Shown here in pieces: positions 50,330-64,000 of a DNA stretch of 64,000 nucleotides. The notes beneath the pieces were generated by a model. It saw only the letters and a list, made by a program, of their open reading frames with translations, was not told the origin of the DNA and did no database searches. The stretch lies in NCBI RefSeq assembly GCF_006345805.1, contig NC_043006.1:60884001-60948000 (forward strand), in the 5' to 3' direction. The position numbers were made by a program, and so were the translations under genes. Positions within the stretch are counted from its first letter, which is position 1. The number at the start of each line of letters is the position of its first letter. The stretch is from Octopus sinensis. Its lineage: Eukaryota.

Positions 50330-51612
50330 AGGACAACATGATTCGTCCTTTGACGGATGAACTCATGGGAGTCAACGGCCATCCAACAGCGTATATGAGA
50401 GTATGTGTTGGCTCTGAGTTTTGGTTAGCAACTTACCTAGTGGGGGTGTCACGAGGAAAATACTGGTGATTGCACAACTTGTTGCCACCTCAGAATGAGA
50501 GATGTCAAATTCAAGTAATAATCATAACTAAGTTAACCAGAACGGAACTGTTAACAGGGAAGGTGTCGTGTACGGCGAGCAAAGTGCATCTAAACAAGCT
50601 CCGGCAGGTCGTCATGAAGCCATTGATCACCACCAAAATCGAAATTAAAAGTGAAGAGGGCGAAAAATGAAATGGGAAGAAGCAGAAAATAGGATTGGTA
50701 TTCAATGTTGGCTGAGAAGTGAAGCACGTAAAAGGGGTTTCTTGAAACGAACGAAAAGAATATGGAATAAAAATGGAGTCTTTGAAGCTTCTGCAAAAAT
50801 ATTGATGGACCATGCAAGGGCAATTCGTATAAATGATGGGATTACAAGATTAGAAGCTCAAAGAATTCAGAGAAGAATAAAAGAGGAACAGAAATTATTT
50901 GGAAAAACAGTAGCAGAAAATAATAATGATGGGTTAAGAGACGAAGAAAGTGAAAAACGAGGAAATCCCTATGTGCCTGAGAATATTAATGGTTTAAATA
51001 GTGAAGGTAATTTAGCTGGCCAACTGATAATTAATATTGCCTAAGGCTTCGATGATAGAGAGAAGGAGATTCTAGAAATGTTGCAAGGTAAAATGTGTGG
51101 TGTGAACAAGGAAATGTCGCAAAGTATAAGGTATATAGACAGAGAAAAATTAAGGAGAGCTGCAGGCAATGTAAATGGCATTTTGAACTTGGTTAACACA
51201 AAGAACATTAGCGACACAAACCAGCTAACCATAGCTGCTGCTAACGCTTTTTGTGAGATAATAGGATACAGGCGGAAGAATATTAAAGAAAAAAAAGAAA
51301 AAGAAAAGAAAGAACCAAACTGGAGGAAGAGTATACGAATGAAGTTGGAAAAGGCACGGAAAGTAATGGGGTAATTGAATAGGATAATGAATGTGGAACT
51401 CAAGAATGTGATAGTAATCAGAACATGGATTTGATACAACAGGTTAGAAGAAAGGCAAAAGCAGACTGTGAAGTAAAATTTAGAAAGAAAAGTTTAACAA
51501 TAGCATGGATATTTTATAAGAAAGCCTATGGCATGATCCCACTCTCATGGATAAGTGAATGTTTGAGAATATTCGATATTTCAGTCGACATTGGAGAATT
51601 AATTAGCTTTAT
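50330..51612 (+). mobile_element. R4/Dong LINE 5' part (5' UTR, N-terminal domain, partial RT), internally deleted
   Basis: KWEEAENR..QCWLRSE..RGFLKR..IW..MDHARAIR (R4 N-terminus), and IAWIFYKKAYGMIPLSWISECLRIF (RT). Confidence 0.75.
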
Positions 51613-51995
51613 CATGAAAAAAATTCCATCTGTCTTTAATGACTATGTCTGGTGGATTAACCTGTCAGTGTTGACTGGAAAATCCCAGAGGAAAGTGACA
51701 TTCTTACCTTCACCGACTAGCTCAGGATGATGCCCATACCAGTAAGCAGTGCTGACTTTTAGTGTTTACGTGTTTTCAAATGTAAATACTGTCCTGTCCA
51801 ATCGTTGCGACGTTTGTATTCGTTCGATGTCAGCAGAGATGTATTATTTCATCAAATTCATCGCAGAATCTGCATTTAGGATCAGAACCGTTTTGAAGAA
51901 CGTTAGCCTGGTAGTTTCTGGTAAGCAAGCTTTGATATTGTGCCAACAATATGAACCCTCCAGTCTCTACTTTCAGTCCTGAGCTTCTCAGTCAC
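51612..51995 (-). mobile_element. Inverted R4/Dong fragment (CCHC to endonuclease)
   Basis: Minus strand LRSSGLKVETGGFILLAQYQSLLTRNYQANVLQNGSDPKCRFCDE..FLWDFPVNTD..PDIVIKD. Confidence 0.7.
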
Positions 51996-51997
51996 TA

Positions 51998-52670
<673 letters not shown>

Positions 52671-52799
52671 CAGCATTGTCGACGTGGTAACTTTAGCTCT
52701 GTTACGCTTCGGTATGTGTAATATTTTGATTTCGTGTTGCATTGTGCACTTTATTGACCACATTCAAGGTTATATATAAGCAATATCTAGAACTGCTAT

Positions 52800-53060
52800 T
52801 TTCTCTACGATGTACATGTTTCTAAGTCCTAATGTTTTGGTTAACTCTCTACTTGTTTTGTATATTTATTATTTCCATGACATCCGTCATTTAATGGACA
52901 TTTTCAGTTTTTTTCCGCACATTGTATTCTCCTCTATTTTCAGATAATTTTTATATTTATACAATTTATGCATTTGTTTGTATTTCAAAGTATCATATCT
53001 AGGTTTGAAGTATTTTTACGCGGATGTTCATGGTTACAATATCCTGTCGTCTTCTCTTTC
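52800..53060 (-). mobile_element. Very degenerate Neptune-like PLE linker/GIY-YIG remnant
   Basis: Fragments IVTMNIRVKIL, MHKLYK and KCPLNDGC in shifting frames. Confidence 0.35.
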
Positions 53061-54129
53061 TTTCCCAGCCTTTACTCTTTATCATCTTTCCCGCACATGT
53101 TTCAGTTCTACACTCTAAAGTTGAAGCTAGCTAGTATTCCTATAATGGTTGTGTCTAAGTTCTAATTTTAACTTCACGTTTCTCTGTAATTCTTGCTATT
53201 TCAGTTTTTATTCATTAAAAACATGCAAGTAACTAAATCGAGCGGCAAATGCTTAAAAATAAAAATTACATGTATATTAGTCTAATTAGATTGGGAAATG
53301 CCAATAACTCTAATTACCTTGATTATCTTAATTATCTGATGTGTTTTTAAAAGTGCTTGATTGTGTTTGAAGTGTGAGCATATATTTAGGATTTTATTTT
53401 TAAGATGTGTTCTAAAACTGGTGTAAGAAATTTATGTTCTTTCATCGAATAGAACAGTTTACTGATCGTTGGGTGATACTAAGTTTCAGGTTTTAATGAT
53501 CAGATGCCAGCGATCTAAGCTCTACATGATAATTAGCCCTATTACTTATTTCTACTAAATACCCTTCAAGTGCTCCACTCGTCCATGTGAAATAGAAAAA
53601 GATGTCATGTTTTTTATTACAAATTTCATTATATTAGAGCTGATTTGTATCTGACCAAGAACAACAATTGCAACATACAAGAAATCAATTTAATAAACTT
53701 CGGGTGTACCACATAGAACTGATAAAACAATTGCAAGAAATGTTCAAGTATTGCATATATAGTACCCTATAAAAAAGAATCCTCACCTCCTGGCCAATCT
53801 CATTGATTATTTACATAAAAAATCTAGTGAAGAGTATCTGTTATAGGTAAAATATCTCTTGGATGGTCTTTTAGCAAAATCTCGTAACTAACTATTTTTA
53901 AGAGAATGAAGAGAGTCAGAATAGTCCAGTATCTCGGCCCAGTTCATATGAATAGAAAACAAGTAGCAATTATGGAGATACAAAAATAGAGATAATATCA
54001 AAAATAGGGTTTCAATATGATTGGAACGGAACAAATAAGTTACGAATATCGTTCACAATATTTCTGTCTAAAACGCAAGCGTATTCCATCCTTTATGCAA
54101 AGTTAATAGATTTCGATAGGATATAAACT

Positions 54130-54516
<387 letters not shown>

Positions 54517-54914
54517 TACGAAGCGATGGATGCGATTGCAATCGATGTTTTATTGGTTGAACGATATTTCGACAGTTACCCTTTTTCAAAAGGAAAAGTA
54601 ATACATAGAAAATCAGAATTATAGAAATTCAAATCGAAAATTTTGAACGAGGCAACAAGCAATATCTACAAAAGGAAATGAAAAAGAATATTTAATCAGT
54701 TTTGTGTAAATATGATGAAATTCCCCTGACATCTTTTACATCTCTCCAGGGTGTGATGTTAATAACTCACATGCACATATCTCCTCAAAATGCATGAGGA
54801 CTGAATGCGTTGCAGATTCAGAATATTTTCAGAGAATATGCACTTTCAATTTTTTTCAATTCTTTTCCATAATTGGACCCGTTGATATAAAATGTTCCGC
54901 AGGTTCTGAAACAC

Positions 54915-55075
54915 AGACATCAGTGGCTATGCCGCTCACGGCTAAAGGCAGAGATTGAAGGCCTTATCTTAGACGCTTAACGCCAAAGTGATGAAAAATA
55001 GTGTAGACTCAATTTTCCGATAATGCCAAAATGGGATTGAAACAGTAGACTTAATATCTGTGTCTAAAATTTTAA
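54915..55075 (+). mobile_element. R4/Dong fragment
   Basis: HQWLCRSRLKAEIEGLILDA. Confidence 0.5.
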
Positions 55076-55194
55076 CACCTGTACAATGCAAATCAAGATT
55101 TTGCTAATATCGACATTGGATAATGTATCGGCGTTATAAAACCAAAGCTGCTGACAGATGGTAGAAGCATCATCGTAAGTCAGTGACTGAGGGG

Positions 55195-55995
55195 GAAAAG
55201 AGGGAAGAAAGCAGCCTGCACAGGATTGCGGTTAACATCAGGAGAGATCATGGGTGAATTCGATGGTAGTGGTATAGATATTTAGGGATTTTGAAGCTGG
55301 ATGACATTCTACTCAGAGAAATGGAAGTCAAGATCACCGAGGCGTATCAAAAAAGGGTGAAGATGCTCTTGAAATTCATCCTGAATGCCAAAACTTTTGT
55401 TACCCCAATCAATATCTAGGCAGTTGCGGCGGTCAGATATAATGCGTCCATTTACAAATGGACTAAGGAGGAAATATCAACATTGTACAGGAGTACAAGA
55501 AAGCTGATGACGCTGCATGGGGTGATACACCTTAAAGCAAGCGTAAACAGACTCTATATGAAAAGAAAGATTGGTGGCAGAGCACTAATTCGTATAGACC
55601 ATTGTATAAAGTGCGAAAGGAGAACGCTTGTCGAATATTTCATAAATATGCCGTATAAGATATGTGTGTAAATGCAGAAGTAATGATAGGCAAGGCAGAG
55701 TTAACCAAAGAGCTGAAGAGATGTGAAAAGAAGACCTTCTTGAAATGGAGAGTTTGAAAGTAATACAGAAGACGTTAAGAATAATACAACATCGTGGGCA
55801 TGGCTTGAGCGAGGTGATCTGAAGCATACCACCGAAAGCCTGATCGTTGCTGCACAAGACCAGGCTCTCGCTTCATTTCAGAGATTTATAACATCTATAA
55901 AACTTTTGGCACCCAGAAATTCAGATTCTATGGAAAGCGTATGGAAAATGTAACCCACTTGGTAAGTGGATGTGAGAGCCTTGCACAAAAAGATT
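55195..55995 (+). mobile_element. R4/Dong LINE fragment (RT thumb to CCHC); inverted endonuclease piece at 56020-56110
   Basis: YLGILKLDDI..AVAAVRYNA..WTKEEI..TRKLMTLHG..RLYMKRKIGGRAL..WLERGDLK..ESLIVAAQDQAL..HLVSGCESLAQ. Minus strand IACPTDNKVCDKEERE. Confidence 0.8.
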
Positions 55996-56110
55996 GCAAC
56001 TACCGACTTTTTCATCGATCATAATTACTTTACATCCCAAGTTAATCTGTCATAGATATCAACTTCTCTTTCTTCCTTATCGCATACCTTGTTGTCAGTT
56101 GGGCATGCTA

Positions 56111-56179
<69 letters not shown>

Positions 56180-57408
56180 GATAGTGTGCTGTGAACATTA
56201 CTATTCTCTCTTTTACACGGCTCACTTTTCTGACAGCCACTTTGTTTTACCTTCATTTGTATTTAGTACAGCAAACTGAATGATACTTGAGAGAAGAACT
56301 TAAGGCAAAAGTTGCATCGAGAATGAACATACAAGGACTATATATCTAGTCTCAGTACATTTCTTTTTTTCTAAATATAAGAGCTGTATATGTCTAGTCC
56401 ATGTATATTCCTTCATTTTCTGTGCACAACAGCTGGCCTATCACCTCATACGATTTGCCACTGTTTTTGAAGCCTCTCTGCTCATGTTTAATTATTAGTC
56501 TAAGAAAAATTAACGATTAGGCGCCAGGGAAGGGTAATTTCAATGCGCATGTAGCTTATCCGTTCATGTATTTAGACAGATCCATCTGTGATTTAATGTA
56601 GAAACACCAAAATTCTTTAAAATATAAAACCGTGATTCGTCTTAATGTTAAAACTAATCCCAAAGTATAAAAAATATTTTTCAGCATACGAACCATTTAT
56701 GCAGAAATATTTAAATTTAGAAAATGCATCGAAAGCATCCTTTCAAATAACAATTGAAATTGAAAGTTAAAAGGCTAATGATGGTTTCAAAATTTGCATA
56801 ATTTTTTGACTGGTTATTAATATTCATAAATTCGGAACAGACATTGTATAACTTCTAACATAAAAACACGCCTTGATTGGGAAGCAGGTAATTAATCAGT
56901 CAAATATCGATTAGCTTATTAATCAGCGGAATGCAATAAATAATTTCATATTATTTGAATATTCATATATAGTATCCAGGGAATTAATACGGACTGGAGA
57001 ATAAAAAGGTGAAAATAATTATGCAACTTGTATCATCCTGAGAATATTTAATAAAAAAATGTAATCAGCTATTCAAATATTGATCTTGGAAGACTGATCG
57101 TTATTTATATGATCAATTATAATTATATTATGGAGAGATAAATCACTATACATAGCGGATAAATAAACGTATTTATAACAATGTTCTTATTCATGTTAAA
57201 CATGTTAACTACCAGCTAACAATTCTTCTACTATTGATCTCATTTTCATCAATGAAAATTAACATATATTAGTGAATAAATATATTCGGCTACGTCTTGC
57301 CATAAATTGTAACGATTTCATCTCTAATCTCGAATAGGTTCATAAATTAAAATCTGATCAAGTATTCACCTCAGTCATTTAGATAATGTGTATATATGTA
57401 TGTATATA

Positions 57409-57495
<87 letters not shown>

Positions 57496-58043
57496 CTCAT
57501 ATATGTTCATACACGCACGCACACATGTGTGTGTGTGTTAAGGTGATTGAGAAGTATGATGTCAACAGATGGATATACTAGTTAAATATACATCGATGTA
57601 ACAGATGTTACTGAATATTAAATATATGAACAGGGGAAGTGAATGCACATTGGATGGAGGAGGACAGAGAAGGAGGGAGAGAGAGAGAAAGGGAGAGCAG
57701 CTGAGGGAGAGAGGAAGAAGAGAACACTGGATGCTGATAATTAGAGTAACCAATAGCAGTCTCATACTGTATGTAGGGAGACTTTACCTGAAGTAATATG
57801 CAAATAGGTTCAGAAAAATGGTGCAAATACAAAATAAAAGAACAAACGAAAACAAACAGAAAAAATCGGTGTGATGCAACAATTTCAGTTTTATTTAATA
57901 AAAAATTAACTACGTACTAAATGTTTAAAAATTAATAACACAGCTAAATTGGCAACGTTATCAATATTCCAATTAAAATATTTTGATAACATAGGTCAAA
58001 TGCTGTAATATTATAATGTTTTCAATATAACAACTATATTAGC

Positions 58044-58331
58044 TTTCGTTTTTGGATTTGTTTTGCAAGATTCTTTATATGAGTTCGTGTTTTAGTGCCT
58101 CATTATTTAACACACTCACCGGTAAAATTTCCACTTATTTCTTATTTTTATATTCTAAAATCTTCGTTGCGTGTTGCAACCTTTTCAATAGTCTAGACAC
58201 TTGAAAAGACTATTGAAAAGTTTGCAACACGCAACGAAATTTTTAGAATATAAAAATAAGAAATAAGTGGAAATTTTAGCGGTGTGTTAAATAATAAGGC
58301 ACTAAAAGAGAATGAATCTCCCCAGACACAA
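58044..58331 (-). mobile_element. TSD-flanked element with internal palindrome (about 105-bp arms)
   Basis: Arms about 58090-58194 and 58207-58307. CAACTATATTAGC (58031-58043) versus CAAACTATATTAGC (58332-58345). Minus-strand 3' end CCAAAAACGAAA. Confidence 0.75.
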
Positions 58332-61300
58332 CAAACTATATTAGCATTAACTTAAATTTCACGAAGCTAAAAGTACGTACATGTTCTCTAACAAATCATA
58401 CCATTCTACTGGAATTTACATTCCAAACTAATTTGGTATCTATTCAGGCTGAACTGTGGAAACTGTGCTCGGCCCCAGAACAACAGAAAAGTATTGAAAT
58501 TCATAATAAATTAGCAATCGTCTCCTCTGTGATGGTAGATGATTATCTTATTCAGCCGTTCATGTCATTTGTTTTTATATTGAAGAGTTAATCGTTAAAT
58601 AATTGAAGCTCTTATCATGTACTTCGCTTTTCAAAATCTTTGTTATAGGTTGGAAAATATCTGTCTAAAAGCCAGAAGACATAAGAAACCCTATTGACGT
58701 CTTTAATGATGTCACTTGTCTTATAGTATTGTAACGTAAGTGACAGTGATCATAATCAACAATCGATTTGCAAACATCGAATTCATATAGATTATATTTA
58801 GGACAGTGAAGTATCTGGAACAATGATGAACACTGCTAGCTAAAGAGATTCTCGTAAATTTCCAAGTGCTATTGATGCGCAGTGTAATTCCTTCATTGAG
58901 CAAATATTTGGCGCTGATCTTCTTCGGTTGTTATCGTTTTGCTGACTTAGGTATAGGGAAGCACAATGTAAAAGTCGCATTTTTCCTTCAAATAGTCAAT
59001 ATTAATTTCCTTCAAATAGTCAGTATTAATTTTTTTGTTACAATTATGAGTGCTTTTATATATTCAGAAAATAATATAAACAGGTACCAATGAAAATACA
59101 CTATTAGTTGTTTAAAAAATTTATGTTTCTACTTAATTATGAGCTAAAGCAACGACAAATCTAGTTTTCTACTCTTATTCTGCTACCACCGTTCACGATT
59201 ATAATGGCTTCATTAAGATATGGTCAGAATTGATAAAAGACTGTGAGATTAAATATTTATGTAATATATTGGCATGCAAGGAAATAGAAGTGTGTGATGA
59301 AAATTTTGCAATAATTTTCACATGAATGATTATATTAAATTATTACTAGTTGTGGCAAGATATCGCTATAATATTAAACAAAACTGTTTGCTCTTCGCTA
59401 ATGAAATCTCTATAGGGTGGATTTAATTTGAATCCAAGTCTCCACCAAAATATATGCACGCCAATAATGCAGTGATGTATGTTCAACTGACGATATACTT
59501 TCACTATGAAATTGATTTTCTACGTTAATAAAATATAACGCAAATTTTTATATGTAGATTGTAGATTGAACTGTGTCCAGTAATTACTTTCAAATTCTGT
59601 TAGCAATCATTTCATGAAAGTTATATATAAGCCTCACTGGATAACATCTAGACATGTTTATTTCTCATTTACTGTAATTCTATAAATTTCCAGTAAATAT
59701 ATATCTAGCAATGAACTGAAAGTTGAGCTACTTTTACGAATGTTTTAATGGTGACGTTATCAAACATGTAAATATCGAACATACACAGGAATTGAACGCA
59801 CAATAGTTATAGCGGAGTTTATGTATTCAAGTTATTGATTTAACACAGACGAGAAACATACCTCATCATTAGGATCCTTAGAATAATTTTCTAGATAATA
59901 CACATACACACACGCACGCACACGTACACACATACACACATTTTATTTTTTATTGGGCGGTTTCAATCACCTCGAAAGCTGGCGTTTCTAATACTTTGAT
60001 TTTGTTGAATTTCAGATCATTTCAAGAAATAATATTCACAACTACCATTTTAACGATGCAAATTAATTAGAGATATAAAACTCGTCTTCCCTCATTCAAA
60101 TGTTCTCCTCCTTTCAAATGTTCTCCAAACGTAAGATTGTCACTGAAATATTCTAATCATCCAGGCAAGTGTACTCTACTCCTTTTATCGATTTTACTAA
60201 ATAATATACATGTTGCCGACATAGAACAAGACAACCCTCATTGAGGTCTGATCATACCTTTATATATATGTTTGTGTGTGTGTGTGTGTGTGTATGTGTG
60301 TGTGTGAGAGAGAGAGAGAGCGTACGTGTGTGAGTGTATGTTTGAGTGAGTGTGTGTATGTACAAAAGTATAGGCATGTGTATATACTTGTGTGTGTGTT
60401 TTCAAATTAATATTACTAAATAAAATCATTTACAAGTAATATTGGATTAGCATATTGTTCTTTTTAAACATAATAAAATGAATTCCTCTCAAAACCGTTG
60501 TGGGTCTGCATCCAAATGAGCACCCAATGCAAAGGTTGCTAATACCCACAATGTTGAAATGTGCCTAGGAAACTCTTGGTATAAACTGTATCTTATGGTT
60601 CTCTTGGTCTGGACATCCAGCTGTATGAATGAGAAGGTAATAGATCGGACATTCTAAAGTCCCTTAACTGTGAAATCGATATTTTCCTCATAGACGTCAC
60701 AGCAGTGGGGAAATGTAGGCTCTAGTGAAAGTTTCGGAAATGTATCGAAGTGATAAAACAAAGATAAAAGAGTGACACGTTAAGAAATTGAAATGAGCGC
60801 AACTATCATTAAATTAACATATACTAAGTTAAGCAGAGCTACAGGAATCTTTAAGGCAGTTATTTACTCAATTACATTACCCAAGAACTTGACAAATTTC
60901 ATCTTCTCTACTCTGTGGGGAGGAAAGATAACTTTGACCTCGGCGTAAATTGAACACAGATTGTTGAGAGCCGAAGGAAATAATGCATGGCACATTTACC
61001 GACATTCTATCTATTCTGATAGCTCACTTTCTTATAAAGAATTTATTGTAATGCCAAAAGGCACCTGTGAATTTTATGATTTCAGATGTCGAACATCTGC
61101 AAATTACAATGTCTAACAATCGCTTCCTTTGTCTTCTCCAAACGTATTATATTCACTTCTTTTTGCTGTGTGTGTGAAAAACATTTTTCTTGCCTCCTAC
61201 AAAGTAAAACATACTTCCCATAATGTATGGAAGATTAAAACTCTTCTTTATAGAGTTTTAGCTTCTAGATCATTGTCATGTTAACACCAATTTCTATTAA

Positions 61301-61619
61301 TATATTTCGATTCACTACGTTTCATCGTAGATAATTTCGATTGCATTATTATTTTATTTTGCCTTAGTTCACCACCATCTCTTAAATCAATATCGTTTCC
61401 AATCCAGTTTAAATTCAAGTTTGATTTGCTTTTGGACGTAAAAAATTCCTGTATTTTTTAAATAAATTTATCATCTTATGTATTCCTATTGCTATGCATT
61501 ATATATAAGCTCATATTTTTCTTGTACATTTTAATCTGCATATTTTGTATGAACTAAGAATAGTTTTTGTCAACCCCACCTCATTATTATTCATCAAAGA
61601 TCGAGTTCTCATCAGTATA

Positions 61620-61990
61620 CCACCGAGGAGCATTGTGGAAAGACTAAATGAACATTTGAGACAAAATGTCGACAGTTCTCAGTACTGTACGAACATGCGA
61701 AGGACCAACATGGATAATTGAAGATATATGAGAAGCTTATGTAGGAACATAGTAAGGATGTGGATTCTAGCTGTGATGTTGATGCGGCGGGGAGCCGGAA
61801 TAGGTATTTTGTCATATACATACATACATATTTTGTCATATACATACATACATAAATACATACATACATACGCAGAGTAGATGAAACCATGGCGACTGAA
61901 GAAAGGGAATTTTCCTTGTGTTATTTGTCCTGTACTCTATTTTTTCGTTGTTTAAGAAAAATGTCCAGTTCCTTGGTTTAGTGTTTATGT
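61620..61990 (+). mobile_element. PLE 3' remnant (end of GIY-YIG plus terminal motif)
   Basis: IVERLNEHLRQ..YEHAKDQHG in shifting frames. CTGAAGAAAGGGAATTTTCCTTGTG motif shared with about 3050 and 13980. Confidence 0.45.
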
Positions 61991-62010
61991 TTTATTTATT
62001 AATTTGTTAT

Positions 62011-62078
<68 letters not shown>

Positions 62079-62144
62079 TATATATATATATTATACATAT
62101 ATATATATACATATATGTATACATACATACATACACGTATATAT

Positions 62145-62208
<64 letters not shown>

Positions 62209-62744
62209 ACATATGTGCTGGGCTGACTTCCTCGAGGAAACATTTGAAGGAGGTGCCAGCCATGGACGTTATAAAATTACTGAAATAAATAAAAGAATGT
62301 GCCAAAATGTGACTATATGTGATAGTATAGTTACGTAGATACACGCGTGTGAGTACATGTAGTATTGGTGCACGATGTAGGCTGGGAACTGTAGAGTTGG
62401 ATTTATTATTGCGTAGCATTGAACCTAACCTTATATTAACCAATATCTAAACCTGATTTATATATTTTAGCCATTAATGCCAAGTTAGTTTCAGCAATCA
62501 ATAAAGTTAATAATTTATTGCTAGGCTGCTGCATCTGTGTATTTTTCCTGATTTTGTACTTTGCTCTTAAGAAAACATCCATTGCTAGGCGTCAACTGTT
62601 TTTGTAATCATACACAGACACACACACACACACGTAATGTAATCAGCTAATATTTTGGCACCTGGTGTGGATTCATGGTCTCTGCCGTAATATACTGCAT
62701 TGAATTATTTTTTTGATGCTTGTTATTATGTAGGTGCAGGTATA

Positions 62745-62890
62745 GCTGTTTGGTAAGAAGCTTGCTATTCAGTCATATGCGTCTGCCTTCAATCCCATAA
62801 CGCGTCATCTTGTGCAGTCAGTTGTCTTCGACTATATTTGCAACTAAGCCAAAGCAATTTAGGTGGATTTGATAGAATCTGAAAGCTTGG
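62745..62890 (+). mobile_element. Degenerate SINE (GGCGCAGGAG.. family)
   Basis: GGTGCAGGTATAGCTGTTTGGTAAGAAGCTTGC..TTCAATCCC..GACTATA..CCAAAGC..GGATTTG. Confidence 0.55.
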
Positions 62891-63026
62891 CGTCACTGTT
62901 TCCCTCTCTCCCTCTCTCCCTCTCTCCCTCTCTTCTTCTGCCTGTCTTTCTGTCTCTAGCTGTGTGTGTGTGTCTCTCTCTCACTATCTCTCTCTCTCTC
63001 TACACACAAACACACATATATATATA

Positions 63027-63247
63027 TATTACCCACAAGGAGCTAAACATACAGGGGTCAAACAAGAACAGACAAACGGATTAAGTCGATTACATCGACC
63101 CAGTGCGAAACTGGTACTTTATTTATCGACCCCGAGAGGATGAAATGTAAAGTCGACCTCAGCGGAATTTGAACTCAGAACGTAACGACAGACGAAATAC
63201 CGCTAAGCATTTCGCCCGGCGCGCTAACGTTTCTAGCAGCTCGCCGT
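63027..63247 (-). mobile_element. SINE (29549 family), near full length
   Basis: TTACCCACAAGG..AAGTCGATTACATCGAC..GGTACTTTATTTATCGACCCCGAGAGGATGAAA..GGAATTTGAACTCAGAACG..GCTCGCCG. Confidence 0.85.
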
Positions 63248-64000
63248 ATACGTGTTTATAAAACAATAAAGAAAGCTGCCCATTAATTAATTATCAGTAT
63301 AAAGCTTTTACTAAAAGTATTTATTAAAATCTGCACTAGCCAGAAAATAGTTGAAATTCCAGATTTGATATATTTTTTCAACATGGTTATTAACACTATT
63401 ATGAAAGATTTCAGTGACACGATTCTATAACAAATATAGTTGTCTTACACAGTAAAATAACACGTTTTAACGTATTTCTTTATGGATTTCTTCAGTGAAA
63501 ACATTTCTTTAAATTATAAGTTTATTCCAAACATCCTTTCATATTTGTTGGATGTTGCTGACGAAATAGCAAGCGAAATAAAGAAAGTGCTTTTAATTTT
63601 CTTATATAGATTTCCTTATATAAATTTCTTACAAGTATTTAATTTTGTGGACTTTTCCACAAAAAATGTAACCAATTGGGGAGGCTGTTATTGTACATGA
63701 TAAAGACTATAAGATGAAATCTGCAATATATTTACAATAGATAATTTGGCTCAGAACCCTTAATCCATTGTTCATCTTATTGTAATTCATGTGATGAATG
63801 AGAATTAAAAAAAAAAAAATTCCTAGCTCCGTACATCTGCAATTGTGTATTGACTGAATGAGAACTATTAGACGAATAAATGATACCTAGGAATATTTGG
63901 TGTTATATATCAGTAAAAAAAAAATCACCCAAATTACTGATCAAATGAATACATATTATTTAGTGACTTCAGGAACGTGGCAGGAGGCTGTTCCTCCGGC

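Noticed and set aside
50320-50500. Possible HDV-like ribozyme in the R4/Dong 5' UTR
   Set aside because: I could not build the nested double pseudoknot by hand; it would need an RNArobo/Infernal search.
58448-58950. Exon-like segments AELWKLCSAPEQQ.. and ..FIEQIFGADLLRLL
   Set aside because: Weak splice sites; the second segment has stops in all frames; no family recognised.

Overview
AT-rich, microsatellite-dense animal genomic DNA. The SINE families and composition strongly suggest an octopus; this is inferred from recalled repeat consensus sequences, not from a database search. I recognise no host protein-coding gene. The window is a patchwork of transposon relics: Penelope-like elements (PLEs), many R4/Dong-clade LINE fragments in TAA/TCA repeats, a Tx1/L1 fragment, Helitron and Helentron remnants, two mariner relics, tRNA-type SINEs and fold-back MITEs. 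The most notable signal is a set of type I hammerhead ribozymes (HHRs) found by manual folding. (i) A non-coding 673-bp unit (12685-13357), bounded by (TA)n, is built on a 254-bp near-perfect palindrome with a canonical HHR in each polarity. (ii) A Neptune-like PLE (4010-7829), also bounded by (TA)n, has a stop-free 577-codon frame with two long Asn-rich inserts, a sense HHR at its 3' end, and an inverted 5' copy whose HHR core carries a G8 to U change. (iii) An isolated minimal HHR lies at 19818-19852. Other notable items are a 5S-rRNA head fused to a SINE tail, a TSD-flanked hairpin retroposon without a tRNA head, a 1.3-kb tandem duplication of a dead Dong LINE, and several (TA)n-centred fold-backs.
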